A DNA stretch of 64,000 nucleotides from positions 73,121 to 137,120 of the forward strand of contig NMRA01000332.1 of assembly GCA_002633005.1 (NCBI GenBank), given 5' to 3'. A program made the position numbers and the translations under genes. Positions 61,064 to 64,000 of this stretch are shown here, one piece after another. The notes beneath the pieces were generated by a model. The model saw only the letters and a program-made list of their open reading frames with translations, searched no databases and was not told the origin of the DNA. How positions within the stretch are numbered: position 1 is the stretch's first letter; each line of letters begins with the position of its first letter. The DNA is from Phoronis australis (lineage: Eukaryota > Animalia > Phoronida).

Positions 61064-64000
61064 GATAGTCTGTGAAACCTAACGATCGACCTGTGAAGTC
61101 TTCGTCGGATAAGCACTTGTCTAAGGGACTGTGAGTTGCCACGATGACGTTTATTAATTATTGTGCGTTCTGTTTCAAAAGTTAATCATTCTTACCCTAA
61201 CCAATGCTTAGTATATAAAACTGAAGCAAAGTCTGTCTCATTGGATACAGTTTGTAATACCTTTGAGTGTTTGTTAGTGCAAAATAATGTTTTGAGAAGC
61301 CAGCAATGAATAAATCACTGCGTTACCGGCTTTAGATGCTATAAACTGATAGACCGGGCACCCGAGCCCGTGTGGGCGTATGCTAATTCAGTGTTTGTTG
61401 ACAGAAAGCTATTGTGAAACAATAACTTTTTTAAGGGAATCTTTATCTAGATATTCATATGCATTATTCGAGTCATTGTTATTGTACAACTTTTGCCCTG
61501 AAGGTTCTGTGGAAAGGTTACCTGACTTATAGCGGTCCTCGACGAGCTAGTAAGTAGATTAGTAGTTTTGCGGCTTATTCACCAAAATAATCAACTGCAC
61601 ATTTTTTTCTTTGGCTCACTAGTATAGTCTTTTCGTGACTGAAAGCTTAGTTTCCAACTTTGGCTGGTTTATGTTCGTGATGTCTTCAGTCCGGCCGCGA
61701 TGGGCCTCATCGGGTTCCGAGCCACTGGCCCGGATAGCAATCATTTTGTGCGTTTAGAACTGAAAAAATCACAATTTTTAGTCCAAAATTACTACACACA
61801 GCTACATTATCCTGTCTGTACTTCACAGACGAATAATTTGAATTTATCACCGAACAGACCCCAAACTCCCGCGACTGACTTTGGTATAAATTGGCCTACC
61901 GAACTTTGTATGCTACGGTACGTTCAAATACCTAAAAATCCGTAACAGTGAAATAAAATGACACGTTTGTTTATGAACTATATATATTTGTAAGGGTTTT
62001 ACATCAAATTTTGATGATTTATTGGAGTAAAACAATGAATTCAAACGATAAACTGACACCAGTAAGCGCGTTTTGGATTGCTGAACAGACTGCGTTCGAA
62101 CCTCTACCGTCATTGGTTAATTTCAACACCTCCGTCTGCCGTCAGGTAAAAAAGCTGTACTTGCTGTTATCGAGTGGAACTATTCGATATAAACTGATGC
62201 AAACTAGGTTGTTTTTGGGTGGCATTCTCCTTTAAGAACGCCGCGGCTGTGTGACTGGAGCTGAGTGTCTGTTTAACAGCCTGCAAACCGGGATAAATAA
62301 TCGACAGAGAACCTTAACTTAAATAAAAACCAAAATATATGGACAATTTGTAGGGAAATTATTTACAAAATAAAGGGAAATAAATTTTGACTGAAATTAT
62401 TTTACCGAACTCTGACCTGCGGACCGAGACCAGCACTGGCGAAAGGCGAAGGCATGCGTTCGCCGGCTGTTTTATCGGAATAAGTGGTTCAAATCATCAA
62501 ATTGATGAATGCCTTATACATACAAAGAAACTTTCAGACGGATTGGTCACAGTCCTGTGCCAAGGATTGAATAACAAGGCCGACTATAGAGAATGGGCTA
62601 ATGTTTAAGTGGGTGTAATTTACTCCGTTAAACAGTATAAACATAACACAGAACATGCAATATCAAAATAATTGAATAAAACTGTTATACCGTTGGAATA
62701 TTCTGACGATTGAAGTTGCAAAAATATCGAAACTACATTTAGATTGGGAAACTACATGTATACCGGTGGTCACCCGCGACTTCCGTTACAGCCAGGCGGC
62801 TAACGGCCAACAAAGAACGATGGAATATCATTTGCTGTGGAAATGACTCCAGAAAGAAAACTTGTCAAAGTGCCAAATGGTTATATATAAGTATCAATGC
62901 AGATCAAGTAAAAGGAATAATTCCCGGTCAGCCAGAAGCATTCATATAAGTTACTACTCGGCGGGGCCCGACCACCTGGCTTGCGCTGGCATGCATCTGT
63001 GCTCCGCGGCATACGATGAACACATTAATTAGCTGCCCGAGTCGTGAATGGGTGAAATTCGTGTGACAGAGATTAAAAAGTATTGAGTCATGATCGCAAC
63101 ACTGCAATATTTTCCCATTGCCGACATTCAGCTCATACATGTAAGACTACAGTTCACTACACCCCCGTTTGCGTTTTCAATTGCGTAATTTTTATATTTG
63201 GACAACAGAGGTACTGTATATATTGTACGTTTTTGTCACGTTTTGAAATATATTTTCCCTAATAATTGAAAGGCAAAGTCGGTTTAAGAACTGATTATAC
63301 GGCAGCTGCAGGGGAATTACTTAGCCGGTTAATTGTCGTGTCCGGGCAGCAAAATCAAGTACAGGTGTGCATTATGGCAATTCAGGTGCTTTGAGTTATT
63401 TTTTTTTGCTGAAATATAGACTTGTGTGGTTGTTTCTTTTCTATTTTACATTTTTAATGGCCAGTATGCCGGTGCCGATTTGCTGCCAAGTACGCAGAAA
63501 TGCTCTGACACGTCCGGGTACTCACGCGGCAATTACTCATTACAGGCTGGTACTTTGCGTCGTTTCACAATGTGGCGATAAAGATAACACATTTGTTGAT
63601 CTAGAAAGTTTTTTCCTCTAATTTATTACCTTAACGGGTACTGTTGCTGAAAATTGACGTACCCTCGCGATGAGTCAGGTCTGATCTCAGTAGCCGAGTG
63701 AACTTGGCTGCGCGAGATGCGACATATTTCACAAACTCATGATTATGCAATAATTATCATTCGTCATGTGCAAAGAACAAATATAATTTGAATGATATAT
63801 AACCAAATTTGTATAAAAAGAACCAAAATGAGAATCAAAAACAACTAAACAAAATAACAACGTCTTTACGCTCACTGTGATATCAGTACGTAATCAAGGT
63901 CAACGTGACCGTTATTCAGGGCCCGGTCTCCAACCTTTTTACTCGAAATGGAACTCGAAATTAGGTTTGGCATTTTCTACTCTACTTTTGGGCGAACTCA

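Noticed and set aside
1-64000. CRISPR arrays, operons or other prokaryotic/viral systems
   Set aside because: No regularly spaced repeats and no long intact ORFs; the content is a spliceosomal exon plus animal TEs.

Overview
AT-rich eukaryotic (animal) genomic DNA. The repeat repertoire suggests a marine invertebrate, possibly a mollusc; this is inference. The only host gene identified confidently is the first coding exon of AP3D1 (AP-3 delta, minus strand, 3083-3184). It faces a candidate divergent plus-strand gene with two alternative ATG micro-exons (5068-5077, 5502-5526) across an E-box/CLEAR-like promoter. The remaining ~58 kb is decayed, nested transposons: several Kolobok relics (THAP and KolX), two AcademX elements (one inserted in an RTEX/CR1-group LINE), an RNase H-bearing LINE, a Tx1/L1 3' end, Penelope elements with hammerhead motifs, piggyBac and Tc1/mariner relics, a MULE and MITEs. 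Two elements stand out: a 156-bp TG..CA solo LTR containing a tRNA-like sequence (4-bp TSD), and a ~2.8-kb element with RSS-heptamer-like CACGGTG ends and a 5-bp TSD (Transib/RAG-like signature, no recognisable transposase). No intact transposase or RT ORF was seen. Family calls rest on motif recognition by eye, not database searches.
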